Of a stretch of 64,000 nucleotides of DNA, positions 35,390 to 43,720 are shown one piece after another. Numbering within the stretch: the stretch's first letter is position 1; every line of letters starts with the position of its first letter. The position numbers were made by a program, and so were the translations under genes. The stretch comes from Rhodospirillales bacterium. Lineage in GTDB: Bacteria > Pseudomonadota > Alphaproteobacteria > Rhodospirillales > UBA2165. The notes under the pieces were generated by a model, which was not told where the DNA came from, ran no database searches, and worked only from the letters and a program-made list of their open reading frames with translations. The stretch covers positions 4,368,479 through 4,432,478 of the forward strand of contig OZ243926.1 of the NCBI GenBank assembly GCA_965213765.1, given 5' to 3'.

Positions 35390-38134
35390 TCATGCCGCCG
35401 CCCGCTTGGGCCCGTCGCCCTTGATTATCTTCACCCGCGTGATGTCCGAGCCGCTGCCCGTGGAATCGGTCAGCTTAAGGGACAGATCGGTCAGCGAGTT
35501 CAGGCTCGGCAGGTGCAGATCCTTGGCGTAGGGTGTCTTCCAATGATCGAACTGACCGATCATCAGGACCGTATCCGGCCGGATCCCTTCCCGGAGCACC
35601 GCATGGCCGCGGGTCTCGCCGGAGATCGACTGGATGGTCACCGGATCACCCTCCTCAAGGCCCAGTTCCCGGGCGCGTTTCCGGTTGATGATAACGCCCT
35701 TGTGGCCGGCGATATTGTTGGCCACTTCGTTGATCATCGGAATGCCCACATTGGCGCCCCAGGAATACTGCATGGAGCGCGAGGTCAGCGCCCAGAAGGG
35801 GAAGGCGTCCGGATCGCCGCCCTGATCCCTGACGTAGTTGAGCCAGATATCCGGGAACCGTTGGTAGGTCGGCATGGGCTCGTACTCTTCGAGCTGTTCG
35901 TCCCACCATTCGACGCCGATTTCATGGAGCCGGTGGGCGAGCTGGGTGCCGTGGCGCTGGATGCGTTCCTGATAGGGCAGCTCGAAACGGATGCCGTTGG
36001 CCTTGAGGTGCGGGTACAGATACCAGTGAAGCTTGGAGAACGGCCTGAGCATGTAGCCGTGCTCCTTGAACCAGTCGATGCCGACCACGTTCTCGCCGTT
36101 CGACATGTCGTGGCTCGCCGCCTTGGCGGTGGCGTCCCAAATCTCCTCAAGCCCGTGGGGCTTGGCCTCATCGAGGCCGTAATCGTAGTCGCCGGTCACC
36201 AGCCGCATGCCGGCGGCGCCCTTATTGATGGCCTTGTTGTAGGCCTCCAGGATGCCGCTGCGCTCGGCGAGCGCCGTCGCGATGTCGGTCATGTCCTTGG
36301 AATCGACTACCGTGTCGCCGGCGGGCTGACGGATGCACCAGCCCTCGTGACCCCAGAGCTGCTCGATGAACTTGGTGTTGCCGAGCTGGATCAGTTGGAG
36401 GCTTTCCAGGTCGGTGTTTTCCGGCAGCAGGATGTCGGCGAAGTGGTTGGTCTCGTCGTGGGTGTAGGCGAAGGCGACGATGAACGGGAACTCGGCCACC
36501 CGCTCCGCGACCTCGGGCGCATTCCAGGACGAGATCGCGGGATTGGTCCGGTAACAGAACCACATGGCGGGCTTGGTCGGCTTCGGCCAATTCTCCGGCG
36601 GGCGCTTCTGGAACAGCCACGGCAGGTGGGCGGGCCCCAGCGCCGGCGACCACGCCGAATCGGCGACCAGCGGGACCAGCGTCCGGAAGGCGTTGCGGAT
36701 GTGGGGCTTGGCCTGCCATTCCTGCTTGGAGGTTTCGTTGAACGGGAACTCCATGAAACCGTCCCGGTTGATCACTGCCGACGTCTTGCGGTCATCGGCG
36801 GGCCGGTTGAGCTTCACGTTGGTGCCGATCATGCCGCCCGGCACTTCGAGGGCGCCGACCAGGGTCAGCAGCAGCGTCCGTGCCCAGCAGGCATTGTAGC
36901 CGCCCCAGCCATTGTTGACCGTCTTGCCCAGCAGGATGGCGACGGGCCGGTGGGGGAGGGTCCGGCCCTCGATTTCGATGCTCGCGCCGACGGTGGCCTG
37001 CTCGATGAACTCGTCGGCCACCTTGCGGATCTTTTCGGCGGGGACATCGCACTCTTCCGCCGCCCATTCCGGCGAATAGGGCTCGATATGGTCGAGCAGC
37101 TTCTGGTGGGCGGGCTGCGCCTCCACCGAAGCGTGCTCCCAGCGCTGCCCGTCGGGGCCGTCCTCCACCCCCGCGCAGGTATAGGCGCCCTCCAGGGCGG
37201 GATCCTTGATCTCCGCATCGAAGGGCTTGGCCGTGTTGTCGGCGAGGTCCCAGATCAGGGGTTTGAGGCTGACGGGATCGCGCATGAAGTAGCCGTTGGG
37301 ACCGATCAGGTAGGGCGCGTTGGAATCGTCGGCGATCCGTTCCATGTCGCAGATTTCCCGCCACGGACGCTCGATCAGGATGCGGTTGATCATGGCATAG
37401 AGGAAGGCGACGTCGGTCTTGGGCTTGACCGGGATCCATTCGGCCGATACCGCGCCGGTCACCGACAGGTGCGGTTCGATCTGAACCCGCTTCATGCCCC
37501 GGGCCCGCCCGTCCGCGTGCCGCCAGATGCCGGCGACGCCGGCCGACGCATCCCCGTTATGGCCGAAGGAGACGATGTAATTGCAGTGGGGCGTGTCGGG
37601 CGCGACGATAAACGCCCGGTGCCACAACTCGCCGTACAGGTGTTCGGAGTGATAGCACTTCACCCCCTGGCCCGCGCCGAAGCCGAGATCGACTCCGCCG
37701 AAGGCAGAGAGCAGGGCGGGGAAGGTACCCATGTACTGGGTCGGCGTGCCGCCGCCGCCGAAGCTGGCGGCGATTTTGGGATACCCGGATTCGTCCAGCG
37801 GCCCGTCGGCCAACGTGTCCTTGATCTTCTTGCCGACGATGTCGAGGGCCTCGTCCCAGGAGATCGGCACGAAGCCGGGATCCTCGTCCCTGCCTTTCCT
37901 GGGATTGGTCCGCTTCATCGGCGAGGCGATGCGGTGCGGGTTATAGGTCTTCTGGATCAGCCCGTAGGCCTTGACGCACACCCGGCCGCCGCCGGGATGT
38001 TCGTCCTCGATGTCGTAGTTGGATTCGATGCGGGTCGCGACGCCGTCCTCGACCTCGACCTTCATCAGATCGGGCCCGGCGACGCACTGGTAGCAGAAAA
38101 TCGGGACCTGTTTCTTGGTTTTGATTTCGTTCAT
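35390..38134 (-). CDS. molybdopterin (bis-PGD) oxidoreductase catalytic subunit, cytoplasmic type (PadB-like / DMSO reductase family)
   Basis: 914 aa with no twin-arginine leader. The N-terminal motif FCYQCVAGPD...RVCVKAYG keeps only part of the CxxCxxxC...C FS0 motif. VKCYHSEH lies at the expected Mo-ligand region (Cys, no TGA). There is a C-terminal molydopterin dinucleotide-binding-type beta-barrel (GDPVTIQS...G..VLREGIRPD). Confidence 0.8.
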   Translation of the reverse strand: MNEIKTKKQVPIFCYQCVAGPDLMKVEVEDGVATRIESNYDIEDEHPGGGRVCVKAYGLIQKTYNPHRIASPMKRTNPRKGRDEDPGFVPISWDEALDIVGKKIKDTLADGPLDESGYPKIAASFGGGGTPTQYMGTFPALLSAFGGVDLGFGAGQGVKCYHSEHLYGELWHRAFIVAPDTPHCNYIVSFGHNGDASAGVAGIWRHADGRARGMKRVQIEPHLSVTGAVSAEWIPVKPKTDVAFLYAMINRILIERPWREICDMERIADDSNAPYLIGPNGYFMRDPVSLKPLIWDLADNTAKPFDAEIKDPALEGAYTCAGVEDGPDGQRWEHASVEAQPAHQKLLDHIEPYSPEWAAEECDVPAEKIRKVADEFIEQATVGASIEIEGRTLPHRPVAILLGKTVNNGWGGYNACWARTLLLTLVGALEVPGGMIGTNVKLNRPADDRKTSAVINRDGFMEFPFNETSKQEWQAKPHIRNAFRTLVPLVADSAWSPALGPAHLPWLFQKRPPENWPKPTKPAMWFCYRTNPAISSWNAPEVAERVAEFPFIVAFAYTHDETNHFADILLPENTDLESLQLIQLGNTKFIEQLWGHEGWCIRQPAGDTVVDSKDMTDIATALAERSGILEAYNKAINKGAAGMRLVTGDYDYGLDEAKPHGLEEIWDATAKAASHDMSNGENVVGIDWFKEHGYMLRPFSKLHWYLYPHLKANGIRFELPYQERIQRHGTQLAHRLHEIGVEWWDEQLEEYEPMPTYQRFPDIWLNYVRDQGGDPDAFPFWALTSRSMQYSWGANVGIPMINEVANNIAGHKGVIINRKRARELGLEEGDPVTIQSISGETRGHAVLREGIRPDTVLMIGQFDHWKTPYAKDLHLPSLNSLTDLSLKLTDSTGSGSDITRVKIIKGDGPKRAAA

Positions 38135-38148
38135 GGAACCCAGGCGGG

Positions 38149-38559
38149 TCAGCCCGCTCCCTCGATTTTTTTCCGTTTGGCGATCAGGCGTTCCCTGGTC
38201 TTTTCATTGTCGACGACGAACCGGTTGTGCTTGCCGCGCCCGACCTGTTCGACGGCGTCGGTGACCACCGCTTCCATCATCACCATCCGGCCGTCGACGC
38301 CGATAACCTCGATGCTGACCTCGACCCAGGTACCGGCCGGGGTCGGCGCCATGTGATCGACGGCGACATGGGTGCCGACCGTATTCTGCTCGTCGGGCAG
38401 ATGCCGCTGGATGAATTCCTGACACGTCATCTCGATGTCTTCGACCATGGAGGGTGTCGAATAGACCGCGAGTTCCTCGTCCATATGAGAGATAATCCGG
38501 CCGGCATCGATATCGATCCGCCTTGTGTGCTTCATGCCGGCCTTGACGTCTTCAATCAT
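38149..38559 (-). CDS. hotdog-fold thioesterase (FlK / fluoroacetyl-CoA thioesterase-like family)
   Basis: 136 aa. ...AVYSTPSMVEDIEMTCQEFI...EQNTVGTHVAVDHMAPTPAGTWVEV...GKHNRFVV is the pattern of small hotdog thioesterases. It is the first gene of the Mo-enzyme operon. Confidence 0.55.
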   Translation of the reverse strand: MIEDVKAGMKHTRRIDIDAGRIISHMDEELAVYSTPSMVEDIEMTCQEFIQRHLPDEQNTVGTHVAVDHMAPTPAGTWVEVSIEVIGVDGRMVMMEAVVTDAVEQVGRGKHNRFVVDNEKTRERLIAKRKKIEGAG

Positions 38560-38790
38560 GTCGCCTCCAACCCCCGTTCGGCCGGGGCCATTCGCCCCAG
38601 AGGAAGTCTATCCCCCATATAATGATCGGGTGCAGAACATCTTAGCCGGGGAGCGCCCCATGCCAAGCGCCTTCCCGTATCCCGTCCAGAGCCCTGACCG
38701 GTCGCCGGAGCGTTGCAGAATCCGCATGACCTCAACCCATTGAAAGCATTCAATTTCGTTTTCAAATTCCAAGTCCCGACGTTTTGGCGC

Positions 38791-38830
38791 AATGGACATT
38801 CATGGACAAAAATGGACATTCATGGACATT
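38791..38830. repeat. four ATGGACA heptamers phased at exactly 10 bp (two 20-bp direct repeats)
   Basis: AATGGACATTCATGGACAAA then AATGGACATTCATGGACATT. Heptamer starts are at 38792, 38802, 38812 and 38822. ATGCACGG x2 follows at 38857 and 38866. The repeats lie in a lower-GC, 680-bp non-coding divergent region. Confidence 0.9.
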
Positions 38831-39239
38831 TCTCATCCTTCGAAAATACCGAAGCCATGCACGGAATGCACGGCTCGGGCTGTCGCGGTCCATGCGGGAT
38901 CTCGGAGTCATATAGTCCGGATTGACGGCGAAGGTAGAGTCCACGCCCGGCGGGCATGGCCTGGTTGGGGGGCCTGGCAGGTGCGGCCGGTCATGGACTT
39001 GGCCGGCAAAAACGCCAGAGTCGCGACTGGTCAATCCGCATGGTGTCCCGACTCTCGACGAAGGGCGATGTGTCCGGGGCGGTGGGCATTGGCCCATGAG
39101 AGCCGTGGCGTTCCCGGATGCGGGCGCTCGACAGGTCCGAACGCCATCCTCTACCATGATCCGCGTCATTCCGCGATTTTGGTTGAACGCGCTAGTTTTG
39201 CACCGGATCGTGCGATTCCGGGGAGGATCAGGGTCGATC

Positions 39240-40220
39240 ATGGACGTCACAGCCTATGCCGCTTCGGTCGGGCACTCGGTCTGGTTCAGCCACGATTGCG
39301 GCGAGAGCTGGAACCGGGCGCACACGAATTCCGGCGGAATTTACAACGAATCCCGCTGTTGGTGCGTGAGCGTCCACCCGGGCCGTCCGGGCGAGGTATT
39401 GGCGGGTACCGACCTCGGTGTGTATCGCTGGGAGCCGCCGGCGGAAACCTGGGTCCATCTGCCCTCGCCCATGGACGGTCTGCACATATTGCAATTGGTC
39501 CAGGCGCCCCACGACAGCGAGGTCATCTTCGCCGGTACCCGGCCGGCCAATATTTACCGGTCTCTCGACGGCGGCGTCTCGTGGGAGCGGTGCGGCATGG
39601 GGAACGCCGCCGAATGCGCCTTCATCAACACCCCCCGGGTGACCTCGATCCAGTTCGACCCGGTCGACCGGGACACCGTCTGGGTCACCATCGAAATCGA
39701 CGGCATTTACCGGTCGCGGGACCTCGGGCGAACCTGGCAAAAAATGAATGAGGGCCTGATTTCCATTGATACCCACAACCTGGTGTTTTTCGACGAGCCG
39801 GACGGCAGCCGGGAGATCGTCGTCTCGACGGAGGAAGGGCTGCACCGGAGCCTCGACAACGGTGCGACCTGGTCCCATTTCGAGGTACCCGATGCGCCGT
39901 TCGTCTATATGCGCTGCATGGCCAAGCGGACGGACGACAGCGGTGTCGCCTTCCTGTCGGTGGGCGACAAACCGTCCGGCGAGACCGGCATGCTGTTCCG
40001 CAGCCGGGACAAGGGTTACAGTTGGAATCCGGTGGAGCTGCCGGATCGGGTCAACAGTACAATCTGGTGGATCGGCACCAACCCGGCCGATCCCAATCTG
40101 ATTTTCTTCATCACCATCATGGGTCAGGTCTGGCGCTCGACCGACGGTGGCGAAAGCTGGAAAAAAATGGAACGGGAACTCGGCGAGCTACGGATGATTG
40201 CCTGGCAACCGGGCGTCTAG
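39240..40220 (+). CDS. BNR/Asp-box repeat beta-propeller protein (sialidase-fold / Ycf48-like)
   Basis: Start taken at MDVTAYA with GGAGG upstream. Repeated Asp-box-like motifs are SHDCGESW, SLDGGVSW, SRDLGRTW, SLDNGATW, SRDKGYSW and STDGGESW. Confidence 0.7.
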   Translation: MDVTAYAASVGHSVWFSHDCGESWNRAHTNSGGIYNESRCWCVSVHPGRPGEVLAGTDLGVYRWEPPAETWVHLPSPMDGLHILQLVQAPHDSEVIFAGTRPANIYRSLDGGVSWERCGMGNAAECAFINTPRVTSIQFDPVDRDTVWVTIEIDGIYRSRDLGRTWQKMNEGLISIDTHNLVFFDEPDGSREIVVSTEEGLHRSLDNGATWSHFEVPDAPFVYMRCMAKRTDDSGVAFLSVGDKPSGETGMLFRSRDKGYSWNPVELPDRVNSTIWWIGTNPADPNLIFFITIMGQVWRSTDGGESWKKMERELGELRMIAWQPGV

Positions 40221-40252
40221 AGGCGGTCAAGGGAGACCGGAGGAGAAACCAA

Positions 40253-40954
40253 ATGCCCCACAACGTGGATATTCCCGATTACGTCACAGAACGGATCATG
40301 GCCAAGCGCGGCAAACTCAACGTGTTCGATCACTTCGAGCCGGAAAGGACCGCGTTGCTGGTCATCGACATGCAGAACTTCTATGTCGCCGAGGTGGACA
40401 GCGCCAAATCCATCGTGCCCAACATCAACCGGCTGGCGGCGGCCTGCCGGGACAAGGGTATCCCGGTGGTCTGGGTGGTGATGACCGTCGCCGAATCCGA
40501 AGGCGCGCCCAGCCAATGGTCCCTCTACCACGACTATTTCTTCACCGATGAAAAGGCGGCGGCGCACCGCAACAACCTGTCCGAGGGAACCTGGGGCAAT
40601 GAGTTGTACGAGGACCTGGATGTCCGGGACGGCGATCTGCACGCCGTCAAAAAACGGTTCAGCCCGTTCATCGTCGGCTCCAGCGACCTGCACGCGACCC
40701 TGCGGGCCCGCGGTATCGAAAACCTGATCGTCACCGGGACGGCGACCAACATGTGCTCGGAATCCACCGCTCGCGACGCCATGATGCTGGACTACAAGGT
40801 GGTGATGGTGTCCGACGCCAACGCGGCGCGCTACGACGAAGACCATCTGGCCGGGCTGACGTCGTTTTATCAGAGCTTCGGCGACGTACGGACCACCGAT
40901 TCCTGCATCGGCGAGCTGCTCGCACCGGCCTCGGGCTCGGCGGCCGCGGAGTAG
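40253..40954 (+). CDS. isochorismatase-family cysteine hydrolase
   Basis: ALLVIDMQNFY, KKRFSPF, LIVTGTATNMCSESTARDA (catalytic Cys) and VVMVSDA. Confidence 0.85.
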   Translation: MPHNVDIPDYVTERIMAKRGKLNVFDHFEPERTALLVIDMQNFYVAEVDSAKSIVPNINRLAAACRDKGIPVVWVVMTVAESEGAPSQWSLYHDYFFTDEKAAAHRNNLSEGTWGNELYEDLDVRDGDLHAVKKRFSPFIVGSSDLHATLRARGIENLIVTGTATNMCSESTARDAMMLDYKVVMVSDANAARYDEDHLAGLTSFYQSFGDVRTTDSCIGELLAPASGSAAAE

Positions 40955-40968
40955 GGACGCCGCCTGAA

Positions 40969-41568
40969 ATGTCCACCAGCTTCGTCTACACCCCGAGGGT
41001 CCACCTGCGTGACCGGGTGGTGACGCCGGACATCCTGATCGACCGGCTGTTCGTTTCGCGGAAAGGCGATACCACCCTTTATCCCGTGCCGGTCAGCCGG
41101 CTGACCGCGGATGTGGGCTTTCAAGCCGCCGGAGCGGGCTGCGCCCCCGATGCGGGGCTCGCGCTCGTCGGCGCCGGCGCCGGGATGCTGGTCGCCGCCG
41201 CGTCCGATCATCGGCCGGCCGGCGATCCCCCGGGCGCGGCAAGCCACGATAAGCCTCTCGGCCGCGAGGCCTGGCGGTACGCGGAAATCGCCGGCCACCT
41301 GGATGAGGTCATGATCCGCGCGTCGGGCGGTGGCGGCGCCCCGTGGCAGGAGGCGGCCGCCGGCGAAGGATTGGACGTGACCGGCGCCTTGGGCGTCTTC
41401 GGCGGGGATGTGGCGCCGGGCGATGCGGTGATCGTCACCGGCCTGCCGTTCATCGGCGCCTCGGTGGGCGGGCCCTACGTGGCCGAGGTCGAAGACCCGG
41501 TCCTGGACCGACGGTTGACCCTTCACTACGCTGTCGACAATCTGTTTCCCCCCATAGCGGCGTCATGA
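40969..41568 (+). CDS. hypothetical protein
   Basis: 199-aa ORF from the ATG at 40969 with consistent high GC3, tightly packed between neighbouring same-strand genes. No family recognised. Confidence 0.5.
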   Translation: MSTSFVYTPRVHLRDRVVTPDILIDRLFVSRKGDTTLYPVPVSRLTADVGFQAAGAGCAPDAGLALVGAGAGMLVAAASDHRPAGDPPGAASHDKPLGREAWRYAEIAGHLDEVMIRASGGGGAPWQEAAAGEGLDVTGALGVFGGDVAPGDAVIVTGLPFIGASVGGPYVAEVEDPVLDRRLTLHYAVDNLFPPIAAS

Positions 41569-41581
41569 TCCGGAGACCCCA

Positions 41582-42700
41582 ATGAGCGCGAATGGAATAC
41601 CGTTTTTTCACGCCGACCACGTGGGCAGCCTGCTGCGCCCCCGGTCGCTCTTGGATGCCCGGCTGAAATGGAAAGCCGGGGAACTGCCGGACGGCGAACT
41701 TCAGGCGCTGGAGGACGAGGCGATAAGGGACGTGGTGACGTTTCAGGAATCGGTGGGGCTGCACGCCATCACCGATGGAGAATTCCGCCGCGAGAACTGG
41801 TGGATCGACTTCATCCGCCGGATCAACGGCATCGAAATCGCCGATGACGACCCCTCCGGCGAGTTCAAGACCGACGGGGGCGAAGGGTCGGGCTATATCC
41901 CGAAAATCGTCGAGACGGTGGGCAAGATCCATCACGACCGGGCGATCATGGGCCGCGACTACGAGGTCATTGCCGCGGCAACCTCGGAGACGCCCAAGTT
42001 GACCATTCCGTCGCCGGCCCGCATCCACTTCCATTCGGGCCGGGCCCGGGTGAACAAGGAAGCGTATCCGGACATGGACGGGTTCTGGGACGATGTCACC
42101 GCCTTCTATCGGGCCGAGATCGCCGCCCTCGAAGAGATGGGTTGCCGCTATATCCAGATCGACGATCCGGTCCTGACGTATTTCCTCGATGACCGCACCC
42201 GCGGCATGCTGGTCCGCATCGGCGAGGATCCCGATACCCTGATTCACACCTATGCCAGGGTGTTCAACGACTGCATCCGGGACCGCGGCGCCGACACCCA
42301 CCTGTCCATCCACCTTTGTCGCGGCAACGCGGCGAGCGCGTGGATGGTCTCCGGCGGCTACATGCGCCTGGCCGAGGCGTTGTTCCCGGTGGTCGAGGTC
42401 GACACCTGGTTCCTGGAATATGACGACGAGCGCTCCGGCACCTTCGAGCCGCTGACGTTCATGCCGGCGGACCGCAACGTGGTGCTGGGGCTGGTGACCA
42501 CCAAGCGGGGCGACATGGAAACCAAGGACGAGCTGAAGTCGCGCATCGAACAGGCCTCCGGGTATGTCGAGATGGACCGGCTGGCGCTCAGTCCCCAATG
42601 CGGCTTTGCCTCCATCGATACCGGCAACCTGATCGCCGAGGAGCACCAAAAGGCCAAGCTGTCCCTGGTGGTGGAGACGGCGGACGAGGTGTGGGGCTAG
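41582..42700 (+). CDS. cobalamin-independent methionine synthase (MetE C-terminal domain)-like protein
   Basis: HADHVGSLLRP, ITDGEFRRENW, YIQIDDPVL, SIHLCRGN and ALSPQCGFAS match the MetE-like / Meth_synt_2 family. Confidence 0.8.
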   Translation: MSANGIPFFHADHVGSLLRPRSLLDARLKWKAGELPDGELQALEDEAIRDVVTFQESVGLHAITDGEFRRENWWIDFIRRINGIEIADDDPSGEFKTDGGEGSGYIPKIVETVGKIHHDRAIMGRDYEVIAAATSETPKLTIPSPARIHFHSGRARVNKEAYPDMDGFWDDVTAFYRAEIAALEEMGCRYIQIDDPVLTYFLDDRTRGMLVRIGEDPDTLIHTYARVFNDCIRDRGADTHLSIHLCRGNAASAWMVSGGYMRLAEALFPVVEVDTWFLEYDDERSGTFEPLTFMPADRNVVLGLVTTKRGDMETKDELKSRIEQASGYVEMDRLALSPQCGFASIDTGNLIAEEHQKAKLSLVVETADEVWG

Positions 42701-42721
42701 GTGGGCGGATCGCCGGAACGA

Positions 42722-42745
42722 ACCCCGCGAAATCCGTTGCGGGGT
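42722..42745 (+). terminator. possible terminator hairpin after the MetE-like gene (no T-tract)
   Basis: ACCCCGC-gaaatccgtt-GCGGGGT, 21 nt after the stop. It lacks a U-run, so it may be only a stabilising stem. Confidence 0.35.
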
Positions 42746-42778
42746 GCGGGATCAGTCGTTAGGTTTGGCGCCCCCGGC

Positions 42779-42869
42779 GGAGGGGTGGCCGAGCGGCTGA
42801 AGGCGCACGCTTGGAAAGCGTGTATACGTTAATAGCGTATCGTGGGTTCGAATCCCACTCCCTCCGCCA
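42779..42869 (+). tRNA. tRNA-Ser (anticodon GGA)
   Basis: Manual cloverleaf: acceptor GGAGGGG/TCCCTCC (one G.U), anticodon stem CACGC/GCGTG with loop TT-GGA-AA, a long variable arm TATACGTTAATAGCGTATC (class II), T-arm GTGGG-TTCGAAT-CCCAC, discriminator G and an encoded CCA. Confidence 0.9.
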
Positions 42870-42959
42870 TTACACCTCGTTTTGGCGGTTTTCCGCTAAC
42901 TTCCTGATTTCAAATCGCGATTTCTTCCAAGTGGTACACAAAGGTGGTACACACGATGG

Positions 42960-43346
42960 ATGGAAGACGTGCCGAAACCACAGGGCCTTCAGCTTCGAAG
43001 ATCGGGCTACTATTTCCGAATTCGCATTCCCGAAGATGTTCGAAAACACTACGAAACGAACGAGATTGTTCGGAGCCTAGGAACACGTGATTACAAGAGC
43101 GCAGTTAGGCAGCTCAAATTCACGGCGGCTAAGATTGAAGCGGAGTTCGAAGTATATCGCCTCCGGAGTTTGTCGGCGGAGGCAGCTAAGCCGATAGAGT
43201 TGAACCGCGATCAAGCGTTCAAGCTTGCTCTGCTTTGGTTCACTACAGAAAACCGGAATATCGCTGCCCAGGACGAGGCCGTGCAACCGGCTGCACTAGA
43301 CCAGACATTAGACAATTTGGACGAGGACATATTCCCGCTAACCTAA
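42960..43346 (+). pseudogene. 5' fragment of a tyrosine-recombinase (phage-type integrase) gene
   Basis: LQLRRSGYYFRIRIPEDVRKHY...RSLGTRDYKSAVR is typical of the N-terminal arm-binding region of tRNA-associated integrases. Only 128 aa remain and no catalytic domain. It lies immediately 3' of tRNA-Ser in a lower-GC segment. Confidence 0.6.
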
Positions 43347-43720
43347 TATTTTTCGACACGTCAGGACCGACAAAATCGATCTGGTATTACGAGCAGCCAA
43401 AACCGGATGGGCGTAAGAAATATTCCAAGACTGCGCCATTGACATATGACGAGTTAGCAACCTGTCTCGAATGGTGGGGAAACAGAGAAGGAAGCGGGCA
43501 AGCCTGGGAAGTAGATGCTGCAGGGCTAATCGAACGCGACGACGATGATCGAGTGATCGGGTGCAATCTCGACATTAAGAACCCTCACGACGATGCTGCG
43601 GTCGATCACCGGCCGCCGTCGGAAATTGTCGAAGCCATTATTTCGAATGAGCATCGAGTGTTAGAAATCATGGGAGACATAAGGTCATCACTTTCGGAGG
43701 CTAGAGCGCCGGGCGTTTAA
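43329..43720 (+). pseudogene. hsdM: 3' fragment of a type I restriction-modification methyltransferase gene (hsdM)
   Basis: ANLIFFDTSGPTKSIWYYEQ...PLTYDEL...W...NLDIKNP matches the C-terminal region of HsdM. The N-terminal roughly 400 aa are absent. The last codons and stop now come from the IS630 end. Confidence 0.6.

Noticed and set aside
35390-38134. I considered whether the molybdopterin oxidoreductase next to selAB is a selenocysteine-containing formate dehydrogenase.
   Set aside because: The ORF is a single uninterrupted 914 codons with no in-frame TGA. The putative Mo-ligand region reads VKCYHSEH (Cys). The N-terminal motif and partner subunits do not look FdhA-like.
35375-38356. A 993-aa plus-strand ORF lies antisense to the Mo subunit.
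   Set aside because: It is low-complexity and Arg/Gly/Asp-rich with no motifs, and it lies antisense to a gene with clear family features.
38792-39751. ORFs start within the ATGGACA repeats (MDIHGQKWTFMDI...). ORF 38922-40220 would add a 106-aa N-terminal extension to the BNR gene.
   Set aside because: The N-terminal parts translate repeats or Arg/Gly-rich sequence with no protein-like character. A good SD plus ATG at 39240 begins the Asp-box propeller.
42779-42869. Given selA/selB nearby, I checked whether this long-variable-arm tRNA could be tRNA-Sec (selC).
   Set aside because: The anticodon loop reads TT-GGA-AA, giving Ser (codon UCC), not UCA. The acceptor stem is a standard 7 bp. The structure is an ordinary class II tRNA-Ser.
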